Below, piece after piece: positions 1-11,460 of a DNA stretch of 64,000 nucleotides. Location: NCBI RefSeq assembly GCF_009914755.1, contig NC_060946.1, one strand, 5' to 3'. The stretch's first letter is position 1, and each line of letters starts with the position of its first letter. The notes below the pieces were generated by a model. The model was not told where the DNA came from. It saw nothing but the letters and a program-made list of their open reading frames with translations, and made no database searches. A program made the position numbers and the translations under genes. This stretch comes from the human T2T-CHM13v2.0 reference genome, Homo sapiens.

Positions 1-80
1 GTCCAATTAAACCCTTTTCCTTTATAAATTACCCGGTCTTGGGTATGTCTTTATCAGCAGTGTGAAAACAGACTAATACA
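1..80 (+). mobile_element. THE1/MST (MaLR) LTR 3' end
   Basis: ATAAATTACCC...TATGTCTTTATCAGCAG..GAAAACAGACTAATACA terminus. Confidence 0.85.
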
Positions 81-1259
81 GGTGGTATCTCATTGTGCTT
101 TTAATTTGCATTTCCCTGATAATCAGTGATGTTGAGCATTTTTCCATGTGCTTGTTGGCCATTTGTATATGAATTCTCTATTCATATCCTTTGCCCACTT
201 TTTGATGGGAGCATTTGTTTTTTTCTTGCTGATTTGTCTACTCCCTACTCTTTTTCCTCTCCTTCTGTTGCTTCCTTTACACATTTGTCAGTTCAGTTAA
301 TGGGGTCCTTCATTTCTCTCAGACTGTTTATTTTCCCTCATTCTTTTTTTCCTTCTTAGGATCACAAAACTTTTCATTTTCCTTTAAGTTTGCTGATTCT
401 TTCTTCTGACAATTCAAATTTACTCTTATACCCCTCTAGTAAATTTTCTATTTCAGTTCTTTGCTGTACTTTTTAACTCCAAAACTTTCATTTTCTTTTT
501 TATTTTATAATTTATATCTCTTTATGTGCTATTCTCTATCTGGTAAACTAGCTAGCCTATGGTTTAGCTTGCTATTCTCATGGAAATACCAGCCTCTTCT
601 TAATTGCTTACCACCAAAATCTACATTGCCTTTAAGGGAACCCTTAGGCTTGACTTTCCCCATGCTCTTTTCCAAAGCAAGTTAGCTCCTTTGGGGAAAG
701 AAATGACCTTTGTTTGTGGTCATTGCTTTTCTCTCCCCACTTGCAAATAATCTCTGGGCCATTTCTTCAGAGCTAGTGGGTGCAGAGGTGGTCTGATTCT
801 TTTGGAGTGACACTCTTGCTTTATGATCAGGAAACTGGGCTGGAGGGCTGCCTCTGGTCTCCTTGGCTTGCTTCTCCAGTAATGGAACCTCTGCCCTATG
901 AATGAGTTGGGTGGGAGAGGTTAGAGCCCCATTATTCTCAGCCTGCTGTGTCTGGGATAGAGCTTCCTATGAGTAAGGGCTTGGTGGAAGAACTCTGGGC
1001 TGCCCTCTCCTGGAATTCAGCCTCTGGAACATGGATCTGGGAGGGGGTTGCAGGTGGTGGGAAATGCTGGCAGCCTCCCCCTTCTGGGAAGATGCTGTGG
1101 TCCTCAACTGGGAGCTGGGGGAAGAAAGACCAGTCTAAGTGGCTCTACCCACCCAGAGCAGAGCTCCATCATACAGAACAGTGGGTGCAGTGGGGAAAAA
1201 AAGGGGATGAATTGTAGCTCAAGTGCTACAGTCTCTTGTTCTTACTGAGATTTAGTAGA
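81..1259 (-). mobile_element. Old L1 fragments
   Basis: GGTATCTCATTGTG..TTTAATTTGCATTTCCCTGAT (antisense ORF2 end), followed by L1M 5'-region-like sequence. Confidence 0.6.
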
Positions 1260-1784
1260 TGTGATGGTTAATATTGAGTGTCAACTTGATCGAAGGATAC
1301 AAAGTATTGTTCCTGTGTGTATCTGTGAGGGTGTTGCCAAAGGAGATAAACATTTGAGTCAGTGGACTGGGAGAGGCAGACCTACCCTCAATCTGGTGTC
1401 CTCTAATCAGCTGCCAGCATGGCTAGAATACAGCAGGAAGAAGTTGAAGGGATTTGAATTGCTGAGTCTTCTGGCTTTCATCTCTCTCCCATGCTGGATG
1501 CTTCCTGCCCTCGAACATCAGACTCCAAGTTCTTCAGCTTTTGGACTCTTGGACTTACACCAGTGGTTTGCCAGGGGCTCTCAGGCCTTCAACCACAGAC
1601 TGAAGGCTGTACTATTGGCTTCCCTACTTTTGAGGTTTTGGGACTCAGACTGGCTTCCTTGCTCCTCAGCTTGCAGACGGCCTATTGTGGGACTTCACCT
1701 TGTGATTGTATGAGTCAATATTCCTTAATAAACTCCCTTTCATATATACATCTACCCTATTAGTCCTGTCCCTCTAGAGATACA
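1260..1784 (+). mobile_element. MLT2A-type ERVL solo LTR
   Basis: Starts TGTGATGGTTAATATTGAGTGTCAACTTGAT; ends CCCTATTAGTCCTGTCCCTCTAGAGA..TACA. Confidence 0.85.
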
Positions 1785-2031
1785 GAAGATTTTCTTGAAA
1801 AAAATATTTCTTTACTTACTACATGCCCTTAGGACAATTTAAAGATACTTTACATTAAAAAGAAAAGATTTTTAACAATTATGGTTGCTGGTGAAGGAGT
1901 CATTAAAGCTCTTCATGCCGCCATCCTGGAGATCATCTTTGCCCACAAATATTAACAAGTAGAACATAATATCTACTGAAATCTATGGAAAAAATTATTT
2001 ACACTCTGAAAGGGGTCAAGTTATTCTCAGA

Positions 2032-2032
<1 letters not shown>

Positions 2033-2083
<51 letters not shown>
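2033..2083. repeat. (TC)n(CA)n compound microsatellite
   Basis: Seen directly. Confidence 0.95.
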
Positions 2084-2085
<2 letters not shown>

Positions 2086-2639
2086 ACTTTGAAATTCACA
2101 TAATCTATCTTCCTTATATGACAAAAAAGAATAGCTCTAAAAACTGGCCTTGAAGATGCATATGAAGGGTTTGACAAACTTCAATGTTCCTTGTAGAACT
2201 TGTAGAAGTTACATATCACTGAGAAGTGTTAGTGTTTGAAGAAAAATATGGAAAATATGAAGACGAAGTATATGACCTACATTTTATCTGCTGCATTCAT
2301 GAAGCACTGAAAATTTATGGCAAAATAATTTTTTTGTTTTTAAATATTTCTTGCCTTTTTATAGTTACAGTTATATATGTATAAAATACATATAATTTAT
2401 ATCTATATTATACTTATATGTATGGATATAATTTTCTCATCCAAAGGACAATTTTTAGAGTAAAAGGGACAGTAGTTATAATGCTCCCAATACAATATGA
2501 AATGGTATTGGCATGATGTACATAAACTGAGGTTGTTCCAAGCCATTTAAGACAAGCGCCCACTCTACATACAATATGAAGTGAATTGTGAAGGCACCAG
2601 GTATGCTTTTGGTATATGTAAGATTAGTTTCTTGAACAT

Positions 2640-3650
2640 ATTTCTAATAGCTGTTTCAAGTTTTGTCTGCTAAATCTAATACCTGGGCCTCTTTAAAGAC
2701 TATTTCTACTGACTACTTTTATTCCCTGCAAAAGGGTCACACTTTCCTGTTTCTTTACATATTCTACATTTTTTATATTTGAATATCATTACTAGTAGAT
2801 TGTAACAATTTTGGATTCAGATGTCACCAATTTATTCCATACTCTGCTGCCATTGATGTCTCTTACAGCTCAAAATTACTGCTTACTTAACAACAAAACA
2901 AAACAAAACAAAACAAGACTTTTTTTTATACCCTAAGCCTGGCTTTCTGGGATTGTCACAGGGTCAGGATAGGTTAGTGGTCAGCCAATGATTGATCAGA
3001 GCTTGTGCTTAAACAAAGATCAGGCAATGTTCAGCTCTGTCTGCCTTTACTTTCTGTGTTTGCAGCCTTCCTAGTTAGCCAGGGACAATTGGCTTTGTGC
3101 TGCTCATTCTGGTCTTTTCCTGAGCTTGAAAGAAGCCTGTGCATGTGAACAACCTTCCAGACCACAATGGATAAATATGATCTTATCAAAACCCTTGTTG
3201 GCTCTCGCATTCCCCCAAACCCCTTGTTAAATTTCTCGTGGGTCTATTGCTTGCTCCAGCTAGTATGAAGAGCTCAGACTAGCTGTGACATTGGCCTTCC
3301 CTGATCATTTGCTCCTTAAAACACTGTTGTTTTTGGCAGTGCCCTTGGGCATATTTCCCTCTTACTGCTGAAAATAAAGTCAGTAACCTCTGCTGCCAGT
3401 CCTCTCTGCCTGCCACACACTGATAGAACTTCTACACTCCAGAGCTGGGAGTTAAATAAGAGTAACCCCAAGGAAGAAACCACAGGCTGTCCTTCCTGAG
3501 ATTCAGTGGACAGTTTTGAATAAATACTAGTTTTTGGTATGCATTGGTCATTTTCCAAAGTTTTTAATGTTTGTTTTTGGCTATTTTGCCCAGTTTTATT
3601 ATTGACTTTTGAGAGGATTGCCAAGCTCATCACTCAACGATTTTCAAAGG
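2640..3650 (-). mobile_element. Old L1M 5'-region fragment
   Basis: Degenerate L1M-like motifs (GGGTCACACTTTCCTGTTTCTTT; CCTGAGATTCAGT..TTTTGAATAAAT). Confidence 0.5.
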
Positions 3651-4124
3651 CTCACCCTCAATTAATTCAATTTTGATTAACTTGGGTTTACCTTGGCAAG
3701 CACAGAGCCTGGCTGGCACATGTGAGGATGTCAGTAGAAGGATTATTATAGCAAAGCAGAAAGTTATCAGAACATATGGAGAGCAAGGGAGAGAGAGAGA
3801 CATTCGAGGAAAATGTTTGGGCTCTAAATTAGGAGGAAAATCTGTAGTGTCCTACATTTAACCCTGATTTGAACAACTAAGCCACTTCCTCTACCTGGCA
3901 TCATTTTTTCAGCCTATGAAATTATGGATTTAGATGACAGGAAATGAGACATATTCCTTCTCTCATGTCTCTGGAATAGTCAGAGATGGGTTCACAAGGT
4001 GATACTGATGAAATGACCAAGAGAAAGGGAAGAGCCAAAACAAAGTTGATTGGCATAAGAGGCCCAGGCTTGACTATGAAAATTGGAGGTGGCTGGCTAT
4101 CAAAGGTTGGTGAACATAAGTGTT

Positions 4125-4336
4125 TCAGTTTGAATGTCAATGGGTCAACTTTCCTTAATATATTTGAGATTTAGCTATTCTGGTTAAAAAAATAACCCCA
4201 ACTTCAGCCTCATGAGACCAAAAAATCAAATATTGAAAGAAATCAATGTATTAAACCATTCATCACAATGTTTCAAAAATCAAGCAGATATATCAGTAAT
4301 AGGACAGGTAAGAAGATGGTCACCAAAAGAGCTTCA
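4125..4336 (+). promoter_or_regulatory. Putative proximal promoter remnant of copy A, homologous to ~19250-19456 (+) and ~55272-55480 (-)
   Basis: Shared blocks across copies: GTCAACTT..CTTAATAT (A, D), GCCTCA..AAAAAA..AAATATT (A, B), AATCAAT/AATTGAT. Lies immediately upstream of the leader exon. Confidence 0.5.
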
Positions 4337-4379
4337 ATGCCCAGAGAGAGAGGAAAAGCTCTTTCCATGAGCGTTGCAG
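4337..4379 (+). pseudogene. HP-25-like C1q/collagen pseudogene copy A, leader exon 1 (MPRERGKALSMSVA-G|)
   Basis: ATG at 4337; 43 nt ending in phase 1 at a consensus donor CAG|GTAAGT. The peptide resembles the chipmunk HP-25 N-terminus as recalled (MPAQRGGALSMGAAG). Flanks are homologous to those at 19457 and 55271. Confidence 0.8.
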
Positions 4380-5579
4380 GTAAGTTTTCTTATTAGTATC
4401 TATCATAATAAAATTAACCCATTGCATGAGTACAGAGCACTTTCTAAAGCACTTTCTTTTCCCTGCATGTGATTTTTTTTTCATTAGAACAACTCTGGAA
4501 GACAATTACCCATAATTCTGGCCAAAAAGAAAGACACCTGCTCAACCTTGCCAATTGGATATTGCAAATAGAAGAGATTAGAAAGAGTACAAGCCAAATC
4601 TAGCGACCAAGACTCTTGCCTTCCATATAGAATTAATATCAAATCATTCAAATTAAATCAGGATCATTAGTACATAAACAAGAGTATGAATAACAAAATC
4701 CATTATACTGACTTTCAATTAAATCTTAAAATTTAAAATGAAGATGCTCATAGTCATAGTAAACCAATAACATACTACATTGCTCTATATGTTAAAATTT
4801 TCTTAATGTCTTAACTCTTCTTGGTATCTGTTTCTGTTTCTGCCTTTCTTTATCTTGATTTAATTCCCAGATGTATTTTGTTTGACTATCCGTATGTTTA
4901 CTCTTTATTTTCTTTGATTCTGTTTTCTATTTACTATCTCTCTTGTCCTATGTCTGTTTCAATATACTGTTTATTATCTTTCAACTTTTCTTTTATAACT
5001 TCACTTCGATTTTAAAAGAGTATCACTTGAGTTGAAATTAGGGCCTGATTTCATGCCCAAAAAAGTGATTGATGGCTTGTTTCAATTTGAAGGCATGTTC
5101 TAAAAGTTATGGTTACTGACTAATACCACTTAGAACACTCTACTTTCAAGGTGTAATTGATCATGTTGAAGTTAATTGTGTTTCCCAAGACAAAATTTTA
5201 TAGTTTTTAATCATAAGATTAATAATTCTATAGTTGTTGCATAGAATCAATTCTATAGTTGTTGCATATATTGACAACTACAGAATTATTGATTCTATAG
5301 TTGTTGCATATATTGAGTTATATGTATATATATACACACACATATATAGTTGTTGCATATATGTTGAGGTTGATTATTGGAGGCAAATAACAGATTCAGT
5401 GCTGTCAAGAATCTAATAGTGCTGCAAAGGGTTTAATATAAGAAGTGCATTCATAGAAGTGAGAATGATGCAACCATACTGTTATTGGCTTGACATCTCA
5501 GAGTGAAATGAAAGCCACATAACTAAATAAAAATGCCAAAGGTGGTGGAAAAGAGTAGCTGGCTAATTCAGTGTTTGGT

Positions 5580-6000
5580 ATTAATTCATTCACCACCCAA
5601 GAAGTATTCATCATACATCTTTTATGTTCCAAGCATGTAGAGATAGAGCAGTAGCAATAAGACATAGAATAGGAAATGGGCAAAGCAAATGCTCAATCAT
5701 CATAAGGACATGATTACTCAAACTGATTATTTAAATATAATTGCTAAACAGATGGCAGGAGGCTGCAAGTCCCCAAGAAACAACCTCTACAGTTGGCATG
5801 TGTTTGAGAAAGCAGAATAGTTTTCAAGCAGAATGTATTCAAGCAGAATGGCTTTCTTGGATTTTGTTGTGCCCAATAAAATAAAACTTTTCCAAGTCTG
5901 GAGTAGAAAGGAGAGGCTTCTTGGAAGTAGCAATGCTTAATTTGGGCCCTGACGGGGGAGGAGAAAGTAGTTGACATGGGAGGAAGGGCAGGAAGGAGGG
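5580..6000 (-). mobile_element. L2 remnant in the last intron of copy A
   Basis: ATTCATTCA...TATGTTCCAAGCA 3'-end motif and GGCTTCTTGGAAG..ATGCTTAATTTGGGCCCTGA. Confidence 0.6.
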
Positions 6001-6065
6001 AGATGTCCATGTACTATGAAATACAAAAACATATGATTCTATTTTATGTTTCTTTTGAAATCTAG

Positions 6066-6543
6066 GAGCCCAAGGTATACCAGCATGAAGAGGATCACCT
6101 GAGTTACCTGGAGATATTGAGATATGCCCACCCCTACCACCATGTGCCTGCTGTGTAAAGCTCAATGGGCCATTACCAGGACCATCCCAGTCCACTGTCT
6201 TCCAGGAAGCTCTGTACAACCATCAGAATCATTCTGACCTGGCCACTGGAGTGTGTTCTTCATTCTCCTGCACCACCCTCGTGTATACCACTTTGGTTCT
6301 GACATTGCACTGTTTCAGAATGCTGTCAAGGTGGGTCTCATGAGGAATGGTATCCAGGTCAGGGACAAACAAGGAGACCAAGGACAGCCATGAGCAAGTT
6401 TCAGGAAGTTCCATCACACAGCTGAGAAATGGGATATGATGTGGCCACAGTCTAAGCTGGACAAAGCGGAGTCTGAAAAAGGAACTTATCTAACTGTATT
6501 CTATGGGTATTTGCTCAGTGGAAATTCAGAAGGCTGGAACTAA
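6066..6543 (+). pseudogene. HP-25-like pseudogene copy A, terminal exon (collagen end + C1q globular domain), disrupted
   Basis: Acceptor tctag|GA. Conceptual translation GAQGIPA*RGSPELPGDIEICPPLPPCACCVKLNGPLPGPSQSTVFQEALYNHQNHSDLATGV/PRVYHFGSDIALFQNAVKVGLMRNGIQVRDKQ/KDSHEQVSGSSITQL/EKWDMMWPQSKLDKAESEKGTYLTVFYGYLLSGN. Stop at 6086-6088 and about 3 frameshifts. The ancestral stop appears to be TCA at 6526; AATAAA at ~6706. Confidence 0.9.
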
Positions 6544-7159
6544 CAGCATAGGCCTTTTCCTCAAGTACCTCTGCACTTAAGAAAGGATGCTTTCTACTGC
6601 TCTCAGCCCAAGTATTCCCTCTAGTATCATTCAATGGTGAATAGCTCACCAAATTGGCAATGGCTAAGTTTGAACAAAATGAATATATTAGCAATGACTG
6701 AAACCAATAAAGACCAACAACTCATCAATTTGTTGACAGTTTCTTATTTGTCATTCTCAAAATTCAACATCCTGGGTGGCAAAAGTATGGGGAAAATCAA
6801 ACAAAAACCTCACAATCAAACAGGGAGAGAGAGGAAGCTACCCAGCCAGTTTACTATTGAATACACCATGAAAACTCCCATTCAACTCCTTTATTAAGCA
6901 CTTTTTCCCACGTCTCTAAGGGACAAAAATCTTGCTCAAATTCCTAAACCTGTTTTGAGAATTAAGTATATGGATATAAAAGTAAATATCCTTGGGACAA
7001 ATACAAGTTACTTAAAGGACCTAATGAAAATGCTTCCCACCAGAGGATTTCCTTAAAGCACAATTGCATGGGTGGTGGTACCTGGAGACAGAAGGTCAAA
7101 GATAGAAGTGAGAGAATTTCTAAGGCTTCATAGATTTTAGACTCTTAATTTACTTCAGA

Positions 7160-7590
7160 CTGTTAGCTACTTACCCAAAACCCATTCTCCCTTTCTTCTA
7201 CCTAATTTCTATTCTAGCTAATTTGTTCAAGTTGGCTCAATGAGCCCAGTTAAGATACCTAATATGATTAGTCTCTATTACATTCAGGGTGGCCATAAAA
7301 AGCACCATCCTTTCCAATGACGTGTAAGTTAGTAGTGCTTTCAGGGTTCATATTTAAAAGGGGAAAGACTCAGTTGGCTTATGTCTTCAGGCTTTGGCCT
7401 CTACCCTTTACTCTCTCCATTTCTTCCTTTGCAGAATGTGGTTCTGGTGGCTGCAACAATCATCTTGCAGGCAGCAAACCAAAGCCACATATTCCATGGT
7501 GGAGCAGAAGAGAAGTGCCCCCAATCCTTGCAGACTTCCCTGAGCCTCTTGTCAACTTTATACTACTTAGGACTAGACTTTGGGGAAAAA
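7160..7590 (+). mobile_element. Ancient ERVL LTR (LTR33/LTR16-like); its 3' part resumes at ~15005-15085 after an L1 block
   Basis: CCCATTCTCCCTTTCTTC...CATCTTG...GGTGGAGCAGAA; continuation GGACTTCTTGTTAT..AAAGTAAAC..TTAAGCTACTG. Confidence 0.45.
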
Positions 7591-8772
7591 AAATCTTAGC
7601 AGGTTTTTTTTTAATTGAACTGTAAATTAAATACATTAAAATGCAAAAATCTAAAGAGTGCATGGAATTTTTACTTACACATACAAGCATGGACCCACCA
7701 TCCAAGTCAATGTATAAAACATTTCTATCACCCCAGAAATGTCCCCTGTGTCCTTCCAGTCTACAGCCGTGTCTGTAATGTTCAACCCATTAGTCTGACC
7801 TTCAGCATTGTCAGTTATCTTTGCCTACTCTTGAGCCTCATATCAATAATATCATGAAATATAAAATCTTTTGTGTCCAGTATTTTTTCACTCTTCATAA
7901 TGTCAGTGAAATTCACCCACACTGTTGTGTGTGACAGTAGTGTAGTATTTCATTGTATGGAGATGTATACCATTTAATTGTATGACTATACCACCATTTG
8001 TTTGTCCACTCTTCTGTTGATGGACATTTGAATGGCTTCCAGGGATGGGCTATTATAAATAAAGCAGTTATATACATTATTGATTATGCCTTTTGTAACA
8101 CAAACTCTCATTTCTTTGAGGTACATACATCTGAGTGAAATTTGAGGATCTTTGAGTAGATGTATGTTTAAAAATTAGTAAAATAGACACAGATTTTTCA
8201 AAGTAATAGAACCAATTTATACCACCAACAAGAATATATGAGTGATCTAGTTGGGCCTCATCCTCACAAAGACTTTATATTATTGAGTTTTAAATTTTAA
8301 CCATTTTGGTGAGTTTATAGAGTATAATTACGTTTTAGTTTATTTTCTCCAGATAAGCAATAATGTTAAAATGTTTTAAACATTGTATTTGAAATAATTT
8401 TGGACTCACATAAGAGCTGCAAAACAATTTAGAGATTTTCCATGTAACCTCACCTAGGTCTCGCGATTATAGCTTTTTACATATATGTGATCCAATTATC
8501 AAAACCAGAAAACTGATATTGAAAGAATACTAATTCAACTTAGTATTGACTGTCTATATAAACAGACCTTATTTGGTTTTCGGCAGTTTTTGCATACGCT
8601 TTTTTTGGGTAAATAGTTCTATGAAATTCCTTCACATTTATAAATTCATATAACTTCCACTACAATTAGGATAATTTAATTACTGTTTAATTACCCCAGA
8701 GAAACATCATCATCCTACCCTATAAAGTAACAAAGCAAATCTATTCCATCAACCACTGATCTGTTCCCCATC

Positions 8773-9143
8773 TGCTATGGTTTAAATGTCCCTACCAAAA
8801 TTCATGTTGAAATTTACTTGCCATTGTAACAGTATTAAGAAGTAATCCTTTAAGAGGTAAATGAGGGCTCTGTCCTCATGCATAAATTAATTCTGTTATC
8901 ATGGGAGTGGGTTAGTTACCATGGAAGTGGGCTCCTCTTCAAGGGATGAGTTTGGGCCTGTTTCCTCTTTCTGACACCCACATGCCATGTGATGTCTTCT
9001 GCTGTGGAATGACCCTCTACAGATGTCAATGCCATGTTCTTGGACTTTCCAGACTTCAGAGCCTGGAGCCAAATAAACTTCTGTTCTCTATAAATTACCC
9101 AGTCTGTGTAACCTGTTATAGCAACAGAAAATAGACTAAGATG
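8773..9143 (+). mobile_element. MST/MLT1A-type MaLR solo LTR
   Basis: TGCTATGGTTTAAATGTCCC...AAATTACCCAGTCTG...ATAGACTAAGA; CCATC target duplication. Confidence 0.8.
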
Positions 9144-9894
9144 CCATCACTATAGTTTTTAACTTTGAGACTGTATTATAAATGGAATACTACAATATGT
9201 GATCTATTACTATTGGATTTTTCACACAACACCATGAACTTGAGATCCATCCAAGTTGTGTTCATCAATATTTTTTCTTTTTTGTTGCTCAATAGTAGGC
9301 CATTGCATGAATATGCCACAGTTTGTTTATCCATTCCCTCACTGAAGACCATTTGTGTTGTTTCAAGTTTGGGGCTATAACAAATAAAACTCCTATGAAT
9401 ATTCATGCGCAAGTTTTGTTTGAACATAAATTTTTCTTTTGCTAGGATTCCCAGGAGCAAGATGGTTGAGTCATATAAAATGTATATATACAGTATAAAA
9501 TTCATATATAAATTTTGCCAAGCTTTTTTTCAAAATTGGCTGTATTATTTTACTTCCCATCAGCAATATTTGAGAGTTCCAGTTGCTCTCCATCCTTGAT
9601 ATCAGTTATGTTAGTTTATTATTTTAGCTATTCTGGTAGGTGTGTAATATCTCATTGTGGCTTTAGTTTGCATTTCCCTACTGGCTAAAAATATTAAATT
9701 TTTTTGTGTTAATTTACTATTTATGTATCCTCTTTGGTGCAATGTCTGTCCAGGTTTTGCCCATTTTCTAATGAGATTGTTTGGTATCTTACTAAATTTG
9801 GAGAGTGATTTAAAAAATATATTTACAATGTAAGTGCTTTTTCAGATATTTGATTCAGACATATTTTTTCCTGGTTTATGGCTTCATTTTTGTT

Positions 9895-10205
9895 TTCTTT
9901 TTTTCTTTTTTTTTTTTTTTGAGACAGAGTCTCGCTCTGTTGCCCAGGCTGGAGTGCAGTGGCGCGATCTCGGCTCACTGCAATCTCCGCCTCCTGGTTC
10001 ACTCCATTCTCCTGCCTCAGCCTCCCGAGTAGCTGGGACTACAGGCGCCCGTCACCATGCCCGGCTAATTATTTTTTTATATTTTTTAGTAGAGACGGGG
10101 TTTCACTGTGTTAGCCAGGATGGTCTCGATCTCCTGACCTCGTGATCCGCCCGCCTTGGCCTCTCAAAGTGCTGGGATTACAGCCGTGAGCCACCGCACC
10201 TGGCC
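9895..10205 (-). mobile_element. AluY
   Basis: Poly-T plus full antisense Alu with GTGTTAGCCAGGATGGTCTCGATCTCCTGACCTCGTGATCC. Confidence 0.95.
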
Positions 10206-10389
10206 TGTTTTCTTAACAGTGTCTTTCATGGAGTAAAAGTTTTAGATTTAATAAGGCCCACCATATTGGTCTTTTTTCTTTCATGAATCATGCTTTGGTG
10301 TTTTGTGCAAGAACTCTTGCCTAAACCTAGGTCATAAAGGTTTTCTCCTAAATATTTTTCTGAAAGTTTTGTAGTTTTACATTTAGATC

Positions 10390-11460
10390 TGTGTTTGTTT
10401 CCTATTGCTGCCATAACAAATTGCCACAAACTTAGCTGATGAAAACTATCAATTTATTTTTTCAGTTCTGTAGGTCAAAAGTCCTGATGAGTTTAATTAG
10501 TTACTTTACTCTTTCATAAAGCTGAAATCAAGGTGTCAGCTGGCTGGGCTCTTATTGGGAGTTTCCAGAAGATTGCACTTCTGGAGTAATTCACGTTTTT
10601 GGCAAAATTCAGCTCCTTATGCTTGTTGGACTGAGGTCTCTATTTCTTGGCTTGCTGACAGTCAGAGGCCAATCTTAGCTTCCAGAGGCTTCTTTCCAGT
10701 CTTTGCATTTCAGAGCCAGCAATGCATCATTGAATCTTTCTTATGCTTAGGATCTGTCTGAATTTCTATTCTGCTCTGGCTTCCTTCTACGTAATTATTT
10801 TTTATCACTTGTCTGTCACCTAAGTTGGAAAAAGTTCTCTGCTTTAAGGTCTCATGTTAAAACTAACCCAAAAGTCCCATAGACAGGTTTTTAAAAATAA
10901 AAGTAGAAATGGACCCTTCTGGTCTTAAAGCTTAAAACTTACATTTGTTTTATCTGAGTTTCTTCCTCAGGAAAGAACCCCCAAGCCTCTCAAAAAGTAT
11001 CAAAGAACTGAAACTCACCAGATCACCACATCCAGACAATGAGACACCAGGCCTCTTGTTCATCGTGATTGCTTCCTTATCACCCCTTAGTTCCTGTTTT
11101 CCCACACATAGTTATATTTCTTCCCTGCTAAATAAACCCCTCATTTTAGTCAGTAGGAGAGATGAATTTGAGACTGATCTCCCATCTCCTCAGCTGCAAG
11201 CCCCCGATTAAAGGCTTCTTCCCTGGCAATCCTCATTGTCTCAGTGGTTGGCTCTCTGTGGGCAAGCAGCAGGACCTATACTGAATCCCTGGCATTTCAG
11301 TAACAATGTGATTAGATTGGGCCCATCCTGAAAATTCAGGATAATCTCCCCAGTATAAGGTCCATACATTTAATCCCTTCTACAAAGTTAAAATTACGTA
11401 TTCCCAAATTCCAGAGATTAAGACATGGTCATCATTAGGAGGCCATTCTGTTTACCTCAA
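10390..11460 (-). mobile_element. MLT1 LTR interrupted by an ERV1-class solo LTR (~10855-11305)
   Basis: TTTCCTATTGCTGCCATAACAAATTGCCACAAACTTAG...TGTGATTAGATTGGGCCCA; the insert runs TGTTAA...TAACA with AATAAA/ATTAAA signals. Confidence 0.7.

Noticed and set aside
1261-1713. 150-aa ORF
   Set aside because: Lies entirely within an MLT2A LTR.
4182-4197. GGTTAAAAAAATAACC as an HNF1 site in the copy A promoter
   Set aside because: The spacing is one base too long and the motif is not conserved in copies B and D.
4861-4920. Polypyrimidine tract plus CCCAG|ATGTA as a possible exon 2 of copy A
   Set aside because: No Cys, collagen or donor follows, and the homologous position in copy D lacks the AG. 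It looks like ordinary intron.
5839-6417. Minus-strand ORFs over copy A (similarly 26952-27317, 39180-39413, and plus-strand 51349-51585)
   Set aside because: Antisense shadows of the decayed C1q exons.
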